Shown here: in pieces, positions 1 through 9,949 of the stretch
How positions within the stretch are numbered: position 1 is the stretch's first letter
Layout of the letters: every line of letters starts with the position of its first letter
Assembly: GCA_963770565.1 (NCBI GenBank)
Contig: CAVYQE010000001.1
Location: 1,531,663-1,595,662, forward strand
Direction of reading: 5' to 3'
Source: an uncultured Actinomycetota bacterium
GTDB taxonomy: Bacteria > Actinomycetota > Actinomycetes > JAFAQI01
Length of the DNA: 64,000 bases
Translations under genes and position numbers: made by a program
Notes under the pieces: generated by a model
The model's input: only the letters and a program-made list of their open reading frames with translations
The model's database searches: none
Told to the model about the DNA's origin: nothing

Positions 1-618
1 AAGGCGACCTGGGACCCGACGAACGAGAGCCTGGCGGGCACCCTGATCGGTCAGATCGTGATCGGGGTCTTCGGGGTTCTCGCGATCACCGGCGAGTTCG
101 CCACCGGAACGATTCGCAGCAGCATTGCGGCCGCGCCTCGCCGTACTCCTCTGCTGGTGGCGAAGGCGATCGTGTACGGCGGCGTCGCTCTGATCGCAGG
201 TGAGCTGATCTCGCTGGCATCGTTCTTCGTCGGCCAGCCGATCATCGCCGGGAGCGCGCCGCACGCAACGCTGGGCCAGCCCGGGGTGGCCCGAGCGGTG
301 CTGTTCGCCGGTGTCTATCTGGCGCTGATCTGTCTGCTCGCGCTCGGGATCGGAACCGTGATCCGGCATACCGCAGCAGCGATCAGCGCGGTTGTCGCGA
401 TCCTGCTCGTCGTGCCCGCCATCACGGCGGCGCTGCCGACCTCGGTCCAGAACTCCTTCGGCATGTTCCTCCCGGTGCAGATCGGCGGTGCGTCGATGGG
501 CGCGGTCGTGCGGGTGCCGCACGCACTCTCACCCTGGGCCGGTGCCGGCGTGCTCACTCTGTATGCGGCCATCGCGCTCGGTCTGGCCGGCTGGTCGCTG
601 GTGCGCCGCGACGTCTGA
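1..618 (+). CDS. ABC transporter permease (ABC-2 type membrane subunit), 5' truncated by window
   Basis: Open frame from base 1; multiple hydrophobic helices; 'GEFATGTIRSSIAAAPRR..LLVAKA' and C-terminal 'LVRRDV' typical of actinobacterial ABC-2 permeases. Confidence 0.85.
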   Translation, partial: KATWDPTNESLAGTLIGQIVIGVFGVLAITGEFATGTIRSSIAAAPRRTPLLVAKAIVYGGVALIAGELISLASFFVGQPIIAGSAPHATLGQPGVARAVLFAGVYLALICLLALGIGTVIRHTAAAISAVVAILLVVPAITAALPTSVQNSFGMFLPVQIGGASMGAVVRVPHALSPWAGAGVLTLYAAIALGLAGWSLVRRDV

Positions 619-627
619 GCGATCGAG

Positions 628-1293
628 CTAGGGGTCGAGGACTAGGGCGAGCGCGAAGCCGTCGTAGCCCTTGGCCCCTACGGTCTGGATCACCGTTGCC
701 GCCACCCGGCGCTGGGCGCCGAGTACGTCGGCGAATCGGCGGGTCCCGACCACGCTGGGGTCGATCGAGCCGGCGTCGAGCACGTCGCCGCCGCGTACGA
801 CGTTGTCGGCGATGATCACGCTCCCCGGGTGGGTCAGCTTCAGCGACCAGCGCAGGTAGTCCTCGTTGTTCGCCTTGTCGGCGTCGATGAAGACGAGGTC
901 GAAACTGCGATCGGCCAGCTTCGGCAGGGTGTCAAGAGCCTCGCCGACGATGACCTCGACCCGGTCGGCGAAACCGGCCTTGGCGATGTTGTCGACCGCG
1001 ACCGCCGCGTGGCGCGGCGAGGACTCCAGCGTGACCAGGCGGCCGTTGGCCGGCAGCGCGCGGGCCAGATGAATCGCGCTGAAGCCGCCCAGGGTGCCGA
1101 GTTCGAGGATGCTTCGCGCGTTGATCATCTTCGCGACGACGGTGAGCAGCTGGCCCTGCAGCGCCGAGACCTGCTGCACCGGAAGCCCGGCCGTCGCACT
1201 GGCCGCGAGCACTTCTTCGAGGATCGGGTCCGTAGGCGCGAGCAGCCGCGCAAAGTAGTGGTCGACCTCGGCCCAGGTGCGGTCGAACGGCAT
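628..1293 (-). CDS. O-methyltransferase (COMT/CCoAOMT-like, Methyltransf_3)
   Basis: 'ILELGTLGGFS' SAM motif, 'FDLVFIDADK', 'IIADNVVRGG'; ATG at 1293 preceded by GGAGG. Confidence 0.9.
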   Translation of the reverse strand: MPFDRTWAEVDHYFARLLAPTDPILEEVLAASATAGLPVQQVSALQGQLLTVVAKMINARSILELGTLGGFSAIHLARALPANGRLVTLESSPRHAAVAVDNIAKAGFADRVEVIVGEALDTLPKLADRSFDLVFIDADKANNEDYLRWSLKLTHPGSVIIADNVVRGGDVLDAGSIDPSVVGTRRFADVLGAQRRVAATVIQTVGAKGYDGFALALVLDP

Positions 1294-1306
1294 CTCCACC
1301 TCCAGC

Positions 1307-1972
1307 TCAGTTGATCGAGGATGGCACGTTGATCATCCTCCCCGCCGGCACGGCCGACAGGTTGCGCATTAGCGATGCCTCGAGCGCGAGCCAGCGGCCC
1401 TCGGCCGCGAGCCGCCCGGCGGCGTCGAGCTCGGCCAGGAACCGCTGCCGATCCGGCAGGTCGGCGATCACCGTCGCCGCGACCAAGTAGGAGAGCAGCC
1501 GGGCGTCGTCGGGCAGCTGTGCGGTTTCCAGCAGCACCCCACGCAGCTCCCCGAGCGCGTCGCGGTAGTCGGCGTACCGCTTGGTGACGATGGCGTCGAG
1601 CGCCCCGACCTCGCCGATCGGTTCGGGCAGCCATTCGACCGTCGCGCAGAGGTAGGGCCGCTCGCGATCCACGGAGCGGACCCGAAACCGGGTGCTGCCG
1701 ACGGTTTCGATGTCGTACGTGCCGTCCGAGCCACTCGCGACCGCGGTGATCATGGCCATGCAGCCGATCTCGTGCAGGGCCCGGATGCCATCCGCGCCGA
1801 CCTCGCGGCCGCTGCGAATCGCGATCACGCCGAAGCGGCGCTCCGACTCGGGGAGGGCGAGCAGGTCGGCGATGAGGGCGCGGTAGCGGTCCTCGAAGAT
1901 GTGCAGGGCCAGCGGGCCGCCGGGAAACAGCACCGTTCCCAGTGGGAACAGCGGGATCAGCGGTGCGGCCAC
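1307..1972 (-). CDS. LON peptidase substrate-binding domain protein (stand-alone)
   Basis: 'IPLFPLGTVLFPGGPLALHIFEDRYR' is the LON N-domain signature; GTG start at 1972 inferred, with TAGCGT just upstream. Confidence 0.85.
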   Translation of the reverse strand: MAAPLIPLFPLGTVLFPGGPLALHIFEDRYRALIADLLALPESERRFGVIAIRSGREVGADGIRALHEIGCMAMITAVASGSDGTYDIETVGSTRFRVRSVDRERPYLCATVEWLPEPIGEVGALDAIVTKRYADYRDALGELRGVLLETAQLPDDARLLSYLVAATVIADLPDRQRFLAELDAAGRLAAEGRWLALEASLMRNLSAVPAGRMINVPSSIN

Positions 1973-2057
1973 GACCTGAACGCTACGCAGCGGCCCGCGG
2001 GTGGACCCGGCGCGGTGGCTTTCCCAACCCGGCTCGGGCGGGCTACAGTAGTGAGCC

Positions 2058-4733
2058 ATGAGTGGAGCAACCCAAGTATCTCACTCTAGTTTCGCGGTGA
2101 TCGGGGGTGGCGCTGCCGGAACCCTGACTGCTGCCCGCCTGGTCGACGAAGCCGGTCGGCAGCATCGGACCGTCAGCGTCACAGTGATCGAGCCGCGAGC
2201 CGCGCTCGGTCGCGGCGTCGCGTATTCCACCACCGACGACCGGCACCTGCTGAACGTGCCGGTGCGGCTGATGACGGCGTACACCGATGATCCCGAGCAT
2301 TTCGCCCGCTGGCTGGCCTACCAAGGCGGCGAGCCGCCGGCGCCGTGCGACTACGTTCCCCGTGAGTGGTACGGGCGCTACCTGCAGCACGTGCTGGACG
2401 ACGCCGAGCGGCGGACGCCGTGGGCGACGCTGCATCATCGGCGCGATCGCGTCGTCGATCTGGCCTACGACGGGCAGCGATGTCGGCTGACACTGGCGGA
2501 CGGCCCCGACCTCGAGGTCGACGCTGCCGTCCTCGCGGTCGGCCACCTCGGGGCGGAGCTGTCGTGGGTGCCGGCGCCGCTGCAAGGATCTGCCCGGCTG
2601 GTTGCGGATCCCTGGGCGCCTGGTGCGCTTGACGGCGTACCGGTCGACGGCGACGTCCTGATCGTCGGCACCGGCTTGACCATGGTCGACACCGTTCGCG
2701 CCCTCGACCGGCCGGGTCGGGTGATCCACCTGACCTCCCGGCACGGCATCCTGCCGCAGCCCCAGACGTCCGGCGACCGTCCGGTCATGGAGGCGCCCGA
2801 GTTCCCCACGGCGGCGCCGACCCTGGCCGAGCTGCACGACCTCATGCAGGCACACATCGACAAGGCACAAGCCCGGTACGGCGACTGGCGACCGGCGGTG
2901 GACAGCATTCGCGCCATCACCCAGCGGCTATGGGCCGGGCTGAGCGACACCGACCGGGCCGAGTTCCTCGCGCTCGACGCCCGGCGGTGGGAGTCGTTGC
3001 GGCACCGGATCCCGCCGCAGAGTGCCGAGGCGCTGGGCTCCGCCCGTTCAGCCGGGCGGGTGGTCACGCATACCGGCCGGGTGCTCGGGGCGACCGAGGT
3101 GGCCCATGGCGTGGAGGTCGTCCTCTCGGATGGCAGCACCGTGCGGGTGGCCGCGGTCGTGAACTGTGCCGGCCCGAACGCCGGTGCTGCGACCAGCACC
3201 GACCCGTTGCTGCGGTCACTGCTCGATCGAGGGCTGGCCGCCGCCGGCCCGGTCGGGCTCGGCCTCGACACCACCGCCGACGGCGCGCTGCGGGACACGA
3301 CCGGGCGTACCGCGATTCCGGTCTGGACGCTGGGCTCGCTGCGGCGCGGCACGTTGTGGGAGAGCACCGCGATTCCGGAGATTCGAGACCAGGCAGCGGC
3401 GCTCGCGAAGCGACTGCTCGGTAGCGGTGCGCGCCGAGACCGTCGCCCACGCGACCAATACGACCTTGCGCTGTCCGCCACACCACAGGCGGCCGAGTCG
3501 TGGCGTGGCGCGCTCGAGGCGATTTGCCTGCTGCGGCGCGACGCGCTCGATCTGCTGGAGGCGACGGTCCGGGCCGACCCCGGCTTTGCGGTCGGGCATG
3601 CGGCACTGGCTCTGGTGGGACACGAGTGGGACCTGCCCGCTGATGTGGACGCCCATCTGCACGCCGCGGTCGATGCGGTCCGGCATCGCGGCGACCGGCG
3701 CGAGCGCAGCTTCGTGCAGACCGTGGTCAGCCGGCTGACCGGCGGCCGGGCCGCGGGTGACCGCGCGCTGCTTCGCCATATCGACGAGTTTCCGCGCGAC
3801 GCGCTCGCGGTGAGTGTGGCGCTGCCGACGATCGCCTTCAGCGGGGTTACCGGGCCGGTGGCCGAGTCGTGGGCCCTTGCGGAGCGGCTCGCGCCGGCGT
3901 ACGGCGACGACTGGTGGTTCGCCGGCATGCTGGCTTTCGTCCGGCAGGAGCAGCAGCGCTGGAACGACGCCGAGCGGCTGTCGGCGAGGTCGATGCGCGA
4001 GCAGCCGGCGGCCGGCCACGCGGCCCATGCCCGCACCCATGTCTTCTACGAGACCGGCGAGCACGAGGCCGGGCTTCGCTGGATGGACGAGTGGATCGTG
4101 GCCAACGGTCCGGACACCCAATACACCGCGCACTACTCCTGGCACGCTGCCTTGCACGAGCTCGCCCTTGATGACGCGGACGCGGTCCGGCGGCGTTACG
4201 CGGAGCAGCTCGCGCCGCCGGTGGTGACCGGCCCGCGCGCGCTGGTCGACTCGGCGTCGTTGCTCTGGCGGTCCAGGTTGGCCGGCCTCTGGCCGGGGGA
4301 GCTACCGATCGAGGACGTCCTCTCGACGGTGCCGGCTTGCCTGCTCGACCATCCGGCCACCGCATTCGCCGCAATGCACGCGGTGGTCGCCCTCGCCGCG
4401 GCCGGCGACGTCGACGGGCTCGGCCGGCTGCAGGAGTTCGCGGCGACGCACCCGGACTCGGAGTATCCAGAACTGATCGCGCCGATGTGCGAGGGCTTTG
4501 CCGCCCACGTCCGAGGGGACACCGCTGCAGCCGCGGATCGTCTCGCCGTCGTGGTGGCCGGCGCCGAACGGCTCGGCGGAAGCGCCGCCCAGCAAGAGGT
4601 GATCGCGGAGACGATGCTGCATGCGCTCGTGGCGTCCGGCCAGCACGACGCCGCCCGCCGCCACCTCGAGCAGCGGCTTGACCGGAGGCCCCGGCCGAGC
4701 GAGCAGCGAAGGTTGTCCGGGCTGTCCCGCTAG
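2058..4733 (+). CDS. FAD/NAD(P)-binding oxidoreductase fused to a C-terminal TTC38-like TPR domain
   Basis: 'AVIGGGAAG', 'LGRGVAYST..HLLNVP', 'LIVGTGLTMVD', 'LWESTAIPEIRDQA' in N-half; 'HAAHARTHVFYE', 'HYSWHAALHEL', 'RLGGSAAQQEV' in C-half. Confidence 0.8.
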   Translation: MSGATQVSHSSFAVIGGGAAGTLTAARLVDEAGRQHRTVSVTVIEPRAALGRGVAYSTTDDRHLLNVPVRLMTAYTDDPEHFARWLAYQGGEPPAPCDYVPREWYGRYLQHVLDDAERRTPWATLHHRRDRVVDLAYDGQRCRLTLADGPDLEVDAAVLAVGHLGAELSWVPAPLQGSARLVADPWAPGALDGVPVDGDVLIVGTGLTMVDTVRALDRPGRVIHLTSRHGILPQPQTSGDRPVMEAPEFPTAAPTLAELHDLMQAHIDKAQARYGDWRPAVDSIRAITQRLWAGLSDTDRAEFLALDARRWESLRHRIPPQSAEALGSARSAGRVVTHTGRVLGATEVAHGVEVVLSDGSTVRVAAVVNCAGPNAGAATSTDPLLRSLLDRGLAAAGPVGLGLDTTADGALRDTTGRTAIPVWTLGSLRRGTLWESTAIPEIRDQAAALAKRLLGSGARRDRRPRDQYDLALSATPQAAESWRGALEAICLLRRDALDLLEATVRADPGFAVGHAALALVGHEWDLPADVDAHLHAAVDAVRHRGDRRERSFVQTVVSRLTGGRAAGDRALLRHIDEFPRDALAVSVALPTIAFSGVTGPVAESWALAERLAPAYGDDWWFAGMLAFVRQEQQRWNDAERLSARSMREQPAAGHAAHARTHVFYETGEHEAGLRWMDEWIVANGPDTQYTAHYSWHAALHELALDDADAVRRRYAEQLAPPVVTGPRALVDSASLLWRSRLAGLWPGELPIEDVLSTVPACLLDHPATAFAAMHAVVALAAAGDVDGLGRLQEFAATHPDSEYPELIAPMCEGFAAHVRGDTAAAADRLAVVVAGAERLGGSAAQQEVIAETMLHALVASGQHDAARRHLEQRLDRRPRPSEQRRLSGLSR

Positions 4734-4821
4734 GCCGAACGGGTCGATCCTCCAAACGGTCGACATCTGAGCCGGACGGATCTCAACATCGGCGGGCCGA
4801 CCGCCGAAGATGCACCTCAGA

Positions 4822-6063
4822 ATGAGTCGCACCAACCCCTCCCGCCTGCGGCGCGCCGGTCTCGTCGTACCGGCGGCTGCTGCCATCGGCCTGCTCAGCG
4901 TCGTGCCCGGGCTCGGGGTGGCCCAGGCGGCATCGCGCCACCCGGCTGCCCGCGGTGACGGCGGCTGCCCCCGGGCTGAGTCGCTCGTCCCCGGCACGAC
5001 CTGGCACAAGCGGACGTTGGCGACCGGACTGGTGATGTCGTCCGGCTCGACGAACGACTCGAACGGGGTCGTGTCGATGCACGTGCTCCGGATCAACCTG
5101 GCCGACCCGAACCTCTCGCTGCAGCCGCTGATGCACTCGCTCGCCCAGCGCTCGCCGCTCAGCACACTGGCCACCGGTCGCCCGCACCTGGTGGCGGCGA
5201 CCAACACGGGTTACTTCGACTTCCGCACCGGCGACCCGACCCAACCGCTCATCTCGAACAAGGTCCCGCAGGTGATGTCCTCGGTGCACCAGGAGGTCGT
5301 CGGCATCGGCAGCAACGGCCTCGCCGAGTCGGGCACGGTCTGGTGGGCGGCGCTGCTGACCGCCGGCAAGAAGACGCACGCCGTGGTCGCCAAGAACGAG
5401 CTCGACCCGCCGTCCGGGCTCGGGATCTACACCGCCAAGTGGGGCTCGTCGCCGGTGCCGGCGCGCTGGAGCGACGAGGTCCGGGGCGTGGTCAACGGCG
5501 CGCTCACCAGCGTCTCGCAGTCCCGCTGGGGACCGAACATCCCGAGCAACGGCTACCTGCTGGTCGGGCACGGGCAGTCCGCGAGCAACTGGCTGTCCGG
5601 CATCCCGCTCGGTACGAAGATCTCGCTCGCCTCATCGGTCGTCACCAGCGCGCCGAAGCCGTTCGTCCAGGCGTACGGGGTGGGCCTGGAGGTCGTCCAG
5701 AAGCCCGGCGTGATCCGGACCGGGTTCGGGTGCGACAGCATCGGCACCAAGCAGCCGGCGCGGACCGAGATCGGCCTGAGCCACGGCGGCCGGATGATCA
5801 CGATTGCGATCGTCGCGGACCACCGCGGCACCTCGACCCACGGCCTCGACGAGAACCAGATGTCGGAGCTCATGGTGCAGCTGGGATCCAGCCAGGCCTT
5901 CGCCTTCGACGGCTCAGGATCGACCGAGCTGCTCGCCCGCCTTGGCAGCTCGCACCCGCTGACGCTGGAGAACTACCCCGCTGACGGCCAGGAGCGCCCG
6001 ATGCCGGTCGGACTCGGCATCTTCTCGAGCCCGGTGAAGCACAAGGCCAAGCACAAGCACTGA
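4822..6063 (+). CDS. Secreted phosphodiester glycosidase (NAGPA-family) protein
   Basis: Signal peptide (RLRR..hydrophobic..AQA); 'ATNTGYF', 'PARTEIG', 'AFAFDGSGST' resemble NAGPA motifs. Confidence 0.7.
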   Translation: MSRTNPSRLRRAGLVVPAAAAIGLLSVVPGLGVAQAASRHPAARGDGGCPRAESLVPGTTWHKRTLATGLVMSSGSTNDSNGVVSMHVLRINLADPNLSLQPLMHSLAQRSPLSTLATGRPHLVAATNTGYFDFRTGDPTQPLISNKVPQVMSSVHQEVVGIGSNGLAESGTVWWAALLTAGKKTHAVVAKNELDPPSGLGIYTAKWGSSPVPARWSDEVRGVVNGALTSVSQSRWGPNIPSNGYLLVGHGQSASNWLSGIPLGTKISLASSVVTSAPKPFVQAYGVGLEVVQKPGVIRTGFGCDSIGTKQPARTEIGLSHGGRMITIAIVADHRGTSTHGLDENQMSELMVQLGSSQAFAFDGSGSTELLARLGSSHPLTLENYPADGQERPMPVGLGIFSSPVKHKAKHKH

Positions 6064-6163
6064 CCACGCGGGCCGCGCCGTTTAGCCCGATTTGTGAGCC
6101 GTTGCCGGGGCCAGAGCAGCGGGAACCCCTCACGAACCGGTTCACATCACATCGGGCGTCGTG

Positions 6164-6190
6164 GCAACCTTTTCTCATCGCCATCGCGTT
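6164..6190 (+). promoter_or_regulatory. ECF-type promoter GCAAC-N18-CGTT, probably autoregulatory
   Basis: gcaac at 6164-6168 and cgtt at 6187-6190, ~40 bp upstream of the ECF sigma gene. Confidence 0.55.
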
Positions 6191-6227
6191 CACCGGTGAG
6201 GTCAAGGGTCCCAGGACAGGGGGCGAG

Positions 6228-6738
6228 GTGGCCGAGCCCGTCGACTTCGACTCCTACGTCGTGGCTCGTCGGCGCTCCTTCTTGCGCACCGCCTGGTTGC
6301 TGACCGGCGACTGGTACGCCGCGGACGATCTCGTGCAGAACGCACTGATGAACTGTTACCCGAAGTGGCGCCGAATCTCGGCCGGTGATGCCGATGCCTA
6401 CGTCCGTCGCGCGATCTTCAACAGCCACGCGTCCTGGTGGCGGCGTCGTTGGCGGGGCGAACGCTCGACCGCGGAGCCGCCGGAGATCCTCGCTGGGCGA
6501 CCCCTATGCCGACTCCGACCAGCGCTCGTTCGTCCTGAGCGCACTCGCCGGGCTGCCCGCGCGACAGCGCGCGGTCGTCGTCCTTCGCTTCTACGAAGAC
6601 CTCACCGAGGCCCAGACCGCCGAGATGCTCGGATGTGCCGTCGGCACGATCAAGAGCCAGACCGCGAAGGCGCTCGCCAATCTGCGGACGAGTGGCGCGC
6701 TGCTCGCCACCGAACAGCCCGAGGTGAGTCATGACTGA
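6228..6738 (+). CDS. SigE-family ECF RNA polymerase sigma factor; one frameshift near 6495
   Basis: Region 2 'LRTAWLLTGDWYAADDLVQ' in ORF 6102-6734; region 4 'LPARQRAVVVLRFYEDLTEAQTAEMLGCAVGTIKSQ' in ORF 6385-6738. Confidence 0.85.
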
Positions 6739-8062
6739 ACTGCGTCTTCTCGACCTTCGGAAAGGGGTGCCTGACCCGCCCGGGAGCCTGCTCGCACTCC
6801 CGGACCTCCACCGAAGGATTCGGGTCAGGCGAGGACGGCGACGCTCGAGCGCGTTGCTCGCGACCGTTCTCGTCACGGCGGGGACCGTCTTTGCCGTTAC
6901 GCGGATCGGGCCGACCTCAACGCCACCGCTCGCCCTGGCTCAGCCTCGGGACGGGCTGGTCGTGTTCGCGGAGTACAGCCCCGGTCCGGATAAGTACCTT
7001 CCGAACATGGCGCTGTATGCGGCGACGCCGGCCGGTACAGACGTACGGCGACTTACCGCGACGTCGGGCCGGATCGATGCGCTAACGGCCTCACTCAACG
7101 GCCGCAAGATCGCGTACGACGCGGAGACATACCAGCCCAGCAAGGACTTGCACGTCACCGGTGACTACGTGCATGTCATGGATGCGAACGGCTCGGACAA
7201 CCAAACCGTTTATCGCTGCCCCCAGTCGTACTGCGGGAGCCTGGCCTGGTCGCCGGACGGAGCGCGGCTACTGATCAACGGGGATACCGTGCTCGAGCCC
7301 GATGGGCACGTCACCATGCTGTGCAATGGCGGGTGCTCCAACGGCGACGATCCGCTCTCGGACGCCAGCTGGTCACCGGACGGGAAGCAGCTTGCGTTTG
7401 AGGATGCGGTCACGGTGCAACTCAGCGGTGGCACCTCGACCGTTCCGGCGATCGGTACTGCTGATGCTGACGGAACCCATGTTCGGCTGTTGACGGACCG
7501 GCAGTGCACGGCCGCCTCCCGTGCCAGCTGCACCTACGACAGCTCACCCGTGTGGTCGACGAGTGGTGACGAGATCGCCTTCTCACGGATGAAGCCGAAT
7601 TTCCTCCCCCTCGGGGGAAACCAAGGATTCGGTCCGTACGGCCCCACCGGGCTTTACACAATGCGAAGCGATGGAACTGCAATCACCGAAGTTAGGTCCT
7701 GCGGCGATCACTGTCGAATCAGCTCGATCGAATGGGCGCCCGATGGGCGCCGCTTGGCTTTCGTCAGCACCGCGGACCCAGTCATTGGGAACGAGTCGCA
7801 GAGCACGGCGGGGATCGCAGATCCGGCCACTGGCAGCGTTGATGTCCTGCAGGTGCCGACCGACGTGTCAGAACCGGACTACGACGGCCTTACCCCCGCC
7901 GTCGCGTGGGCACCCAGCGGGCGCCGCTTGATGCTGATTACCCATGCACCCGGACGGCCCGCCGCGCTCTACATCCTTCCGGTGCGGCAGGCCACGCTCG
8001 GCGCGCAGATCCTCGTGCGCAAGAACGTCCATCCGCCGCTGACCTGGCTCCCATCGACGTAG
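6731..8062 (+). CDS. Membrane-anchored TolB/PD40 beta-propeller protein, probable anti-sigma partner
   Basis: Basic 'RRGRRR' followed by a TM helix, then repeated 'WSPDG' motifs; start overlaps the sigma stop. Confidence 0.7.
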   Translation: MTELRLLDLRKGVPDPPGSLLALPDLHRRIRVRRGRRRSSALLATVLVTAGTVFAVTRIGPTSTPPLALAQPRDGLVVFAEYSPGPDKYLPNMALYAATPAGTDVRRLTATSGRIDALTASLNGRKIAYDAETYQPSKDLHVTGDYVHVMDANGSDNQTVYRCPQSYCGSLAWSPDGARLLINGDTVLEPDGHVTMLCNGGCSNGDDPLSDASWSPDGKQLAFEDAVTVQLSGGTSTVPAIGTADADGTHVRLLTDRQCTAASRASCTYDSSPVWSTSGDEIAFSRMKPNFLPLGGNQGFGPYGPTGLYTMRSDGTAITEVRSCGDHCRISSIEWAPDGRRLAFVSTADPVIGNESQSTAGIADPATGSVDVLQVPTDVSEPDYDGLTPAVAWAPSGRRLMLITHAPGRPAALYILPVRQATLGAQILVRKNVHPPLTWLPST

Positions 8063-8070
8063 CCAGATGC

Positions 8071-9558
8071 TCAACCGGCCGCTGCGAGCTCCGCATCGGG
8101 TTGTTTGCGACGGGTGCCGGGGATCCAGAACGCGGCCGCGGCGCCGATTGCGGCGATGACGGCCGCGGCCGCGAACGCATGCACATAGCCCGAGGTGATG
8201 GCCGCCCGGGCCGCCGTGGAGCCGAGTGCGCCCTGGGCGATCACCGGGTGGCCGAGCAGGTGGATCGTTCGGTCGGTGGCGACCGTCGCCAGCGCGGCCA
8301 GCCCGATCGAGCCGCCGACCTGTCGTGAGGTGTTCAGCACCCCGGAGGCGATCCCGGCCTGCGACCAGTGGACGCCCGCGGTCGCCGCGGTCGCGAGCGG
8401 CGTGAACGACAGCCCCATCCCGAAGGAGATCAGCAGCGTGGGTCCGAGCACGCCGCCGAGATAGGTCGACGACGCCGAGAGCTGGGTGAGCCCGGCGAAT
8501 CCCAGCGCGGAAAGGCCGAGCCCCACGACCAACATCGCGCGCGGGCCGCTGCGACCGATCACCCGCCCGGCGGTGCGGGCACCGACGATGATGGCGAACG
8601 ACATCGGCAGGAACAGCAGGCCGGTCTTGAGCGGGTGGAAGCCGTGGACGTCCTGTAGATACAGCGAGAGGAAGTACCACATCGAGAAGAAGACGACGCC
8701 GAGCAGCAGCATCACCAGGTTGGCGGCGGACACCGACCGTGACTTGAACAGCGACAGCGGCATCAGCGGTGCGCTCACCCGGGTCTGGGACACCAGGAAG
8801 ACGACCAGCAGGGCGGCCGCGACTGCGAGCAGGACGAGCGTTCGGGTCGAGGTCCAGGGGTGGACATCGGTGCCCACGATCGCGTAAACGAGCAAGGCCA
8901 GGCCGGCCGTGGCCAGGATCGCCCCGGTGAGGTCGAGGCTCCGTTCGGCATCCGCCCGACGGCGCTCCGGCAGCCACATGACCGCCGCGGCGATCGCGGC
9001 AACACCGATCGGGATGTTGACGAAGAGCACCCACCGCCACGACAGGTACGACGTGAGAAGCCCGCCCAGGATCACGCCGAAGGCGCCACCGAGACCTGCC
9101 ACGGCACTCCAGGCGGCGAGCGCGCGATGGCGCTTCTCGCCCTCGCCGAACGTCGTCATGATGATCGTGAGCGTCGCTGGCGACAGCACGGCGCCGCCCA
9201 GGCCCTGGGCCGCTCGTGCGGCGGTGAGCTCGGTGCTCGTCTGGGCCAGCCCGCCGAGCAGGCTCGCGACCGAGAACAGGGTCAGCCCGGCGAGGAACAC
9301 CCGGCGGCGACCGAACAGGTCGGCGGTGCGGCCGCCGAGCAGCAGGAACCCGGCGAAGGTCAGGACGTAGGCGTTGACCACCCATTGCAGGTCGGTCGGC
9401 GAGTAGTGCAGGTCACGGCCGATCGACGGCAACGCGACGTTCACGATCGAGACGTCGAGCACGACCATGAACTGCGCAACGCAGACCAAGGCGAGGATCG
9501 CGTTGTCGGATACGGGTCGCTCGTGCCGGGGAACCGTGACGTCGGTTTCGGTGGCCAT
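8071..9558 (-). CDS. DHA2-family (14-TM) MFS efflux transporter
   Basis: 'FMVVLDVSIVNVALPSI', 'GGRTADLFGRRR', 'WRWVLFVNIPIG'. Confidence 0.92.
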   Translation of the reverse strand: MATETDVTVPRHERPVSDNAILALVCVAQFMVVLDVSIVNVALPSIGRDLHYSPTDLQWVVNAYVLTFAGFLLLGGRTADLFGRRRVFLAGLTLFSVASLLGGLAQTSTELTAARAAQGLGGAVLSPATLTIIMTTFGEGEKRHRALAAWSAVAGLGGAFGVILGGLLTSYLSWRWVLFVNIPIGVAAIAAAVMWLPERRRADAERSLDLTGAILATAGLALLVYAIVGTDVHPWTSTRTLVLLAVAAALLVVFLVSQTRVSAPLMPLSLFKSRSVSAANLVMLLLGVVFFSMWYFLSLYLQDVHGFHPLKTGLLFLPMSFAIIVGARTAGRVIGRSGPRAMLVVGLGLSALGFAGLTQLSASSTYLGGVLGPTLLISFGMGLSFTPLATAATAGVHWSQAGIASGVLNTSRQVGGSIGLAALATVATDRTIHLLGHPVIAQGALGSTAARAAITSGYVHAFAAAAVIAAIGAAAAFWIPGTRRKQPDAELAAAG

Positions 9559-9580
9559 TCAGGGTGCTATCGGGCCGCGG

Positions 9581-9949
9581 CTACCTGGCCCGGCTCCGCG
9601 CGGCGCGATCATCGCGCAGCTTGGCCAGCGCCTCTTCGAGCAGCTCGTCGCCCTCGGCCATCGTCCGGCGCATCATGAGGAACTCGAACGGGGTCTTCGG
9701 TGGGCCGCCCGCCATCCGCTCGCGGGGCGGCGGCTGGTCCTGGATCGGGCCGGCCGGTTGACCGCACACCTGGCAGGCCCAGGTCTGCGGCAGCTCGACG
9801 TGCAGCGCGAAGGCCGGTCGGCTCTCATGCCCGGCGTGGCACCAGTAGGACACCGCCCGGCGCGGCTCGACGACGCCACCGCGATCGACTTCGGAGCCTG
9901 GTGCACCGCCGAGGCGACCACCACGAATCGTGGAGCGGCGCGAACCCAT
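9581..9949 (-). CDS. rbpA: RNA polymerase-binding protein RbpA homologue
   Basis: 'IRGGRLGG..SEVDR..VEPRRAVSYWC..GH..P.F...ELPQTWACQVCG' and C-terminal 'RR...E.DELLEEALAKLR' follow the RbpA layout; ATG at 9949 with GGGAG upstream. Confidence 0.75.
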   Translation of the reverse strand: MGSRRSTIRGGRLGGAPGSEVDRGGVVEPRRAVSYWCHAGHESRPAFALHVELPQTWACQVCGQPAGPIQDQPPPRERMAGGPPKTPFEFLMMRRTMAEGDELLEEALAKLRDDRAARSRAR

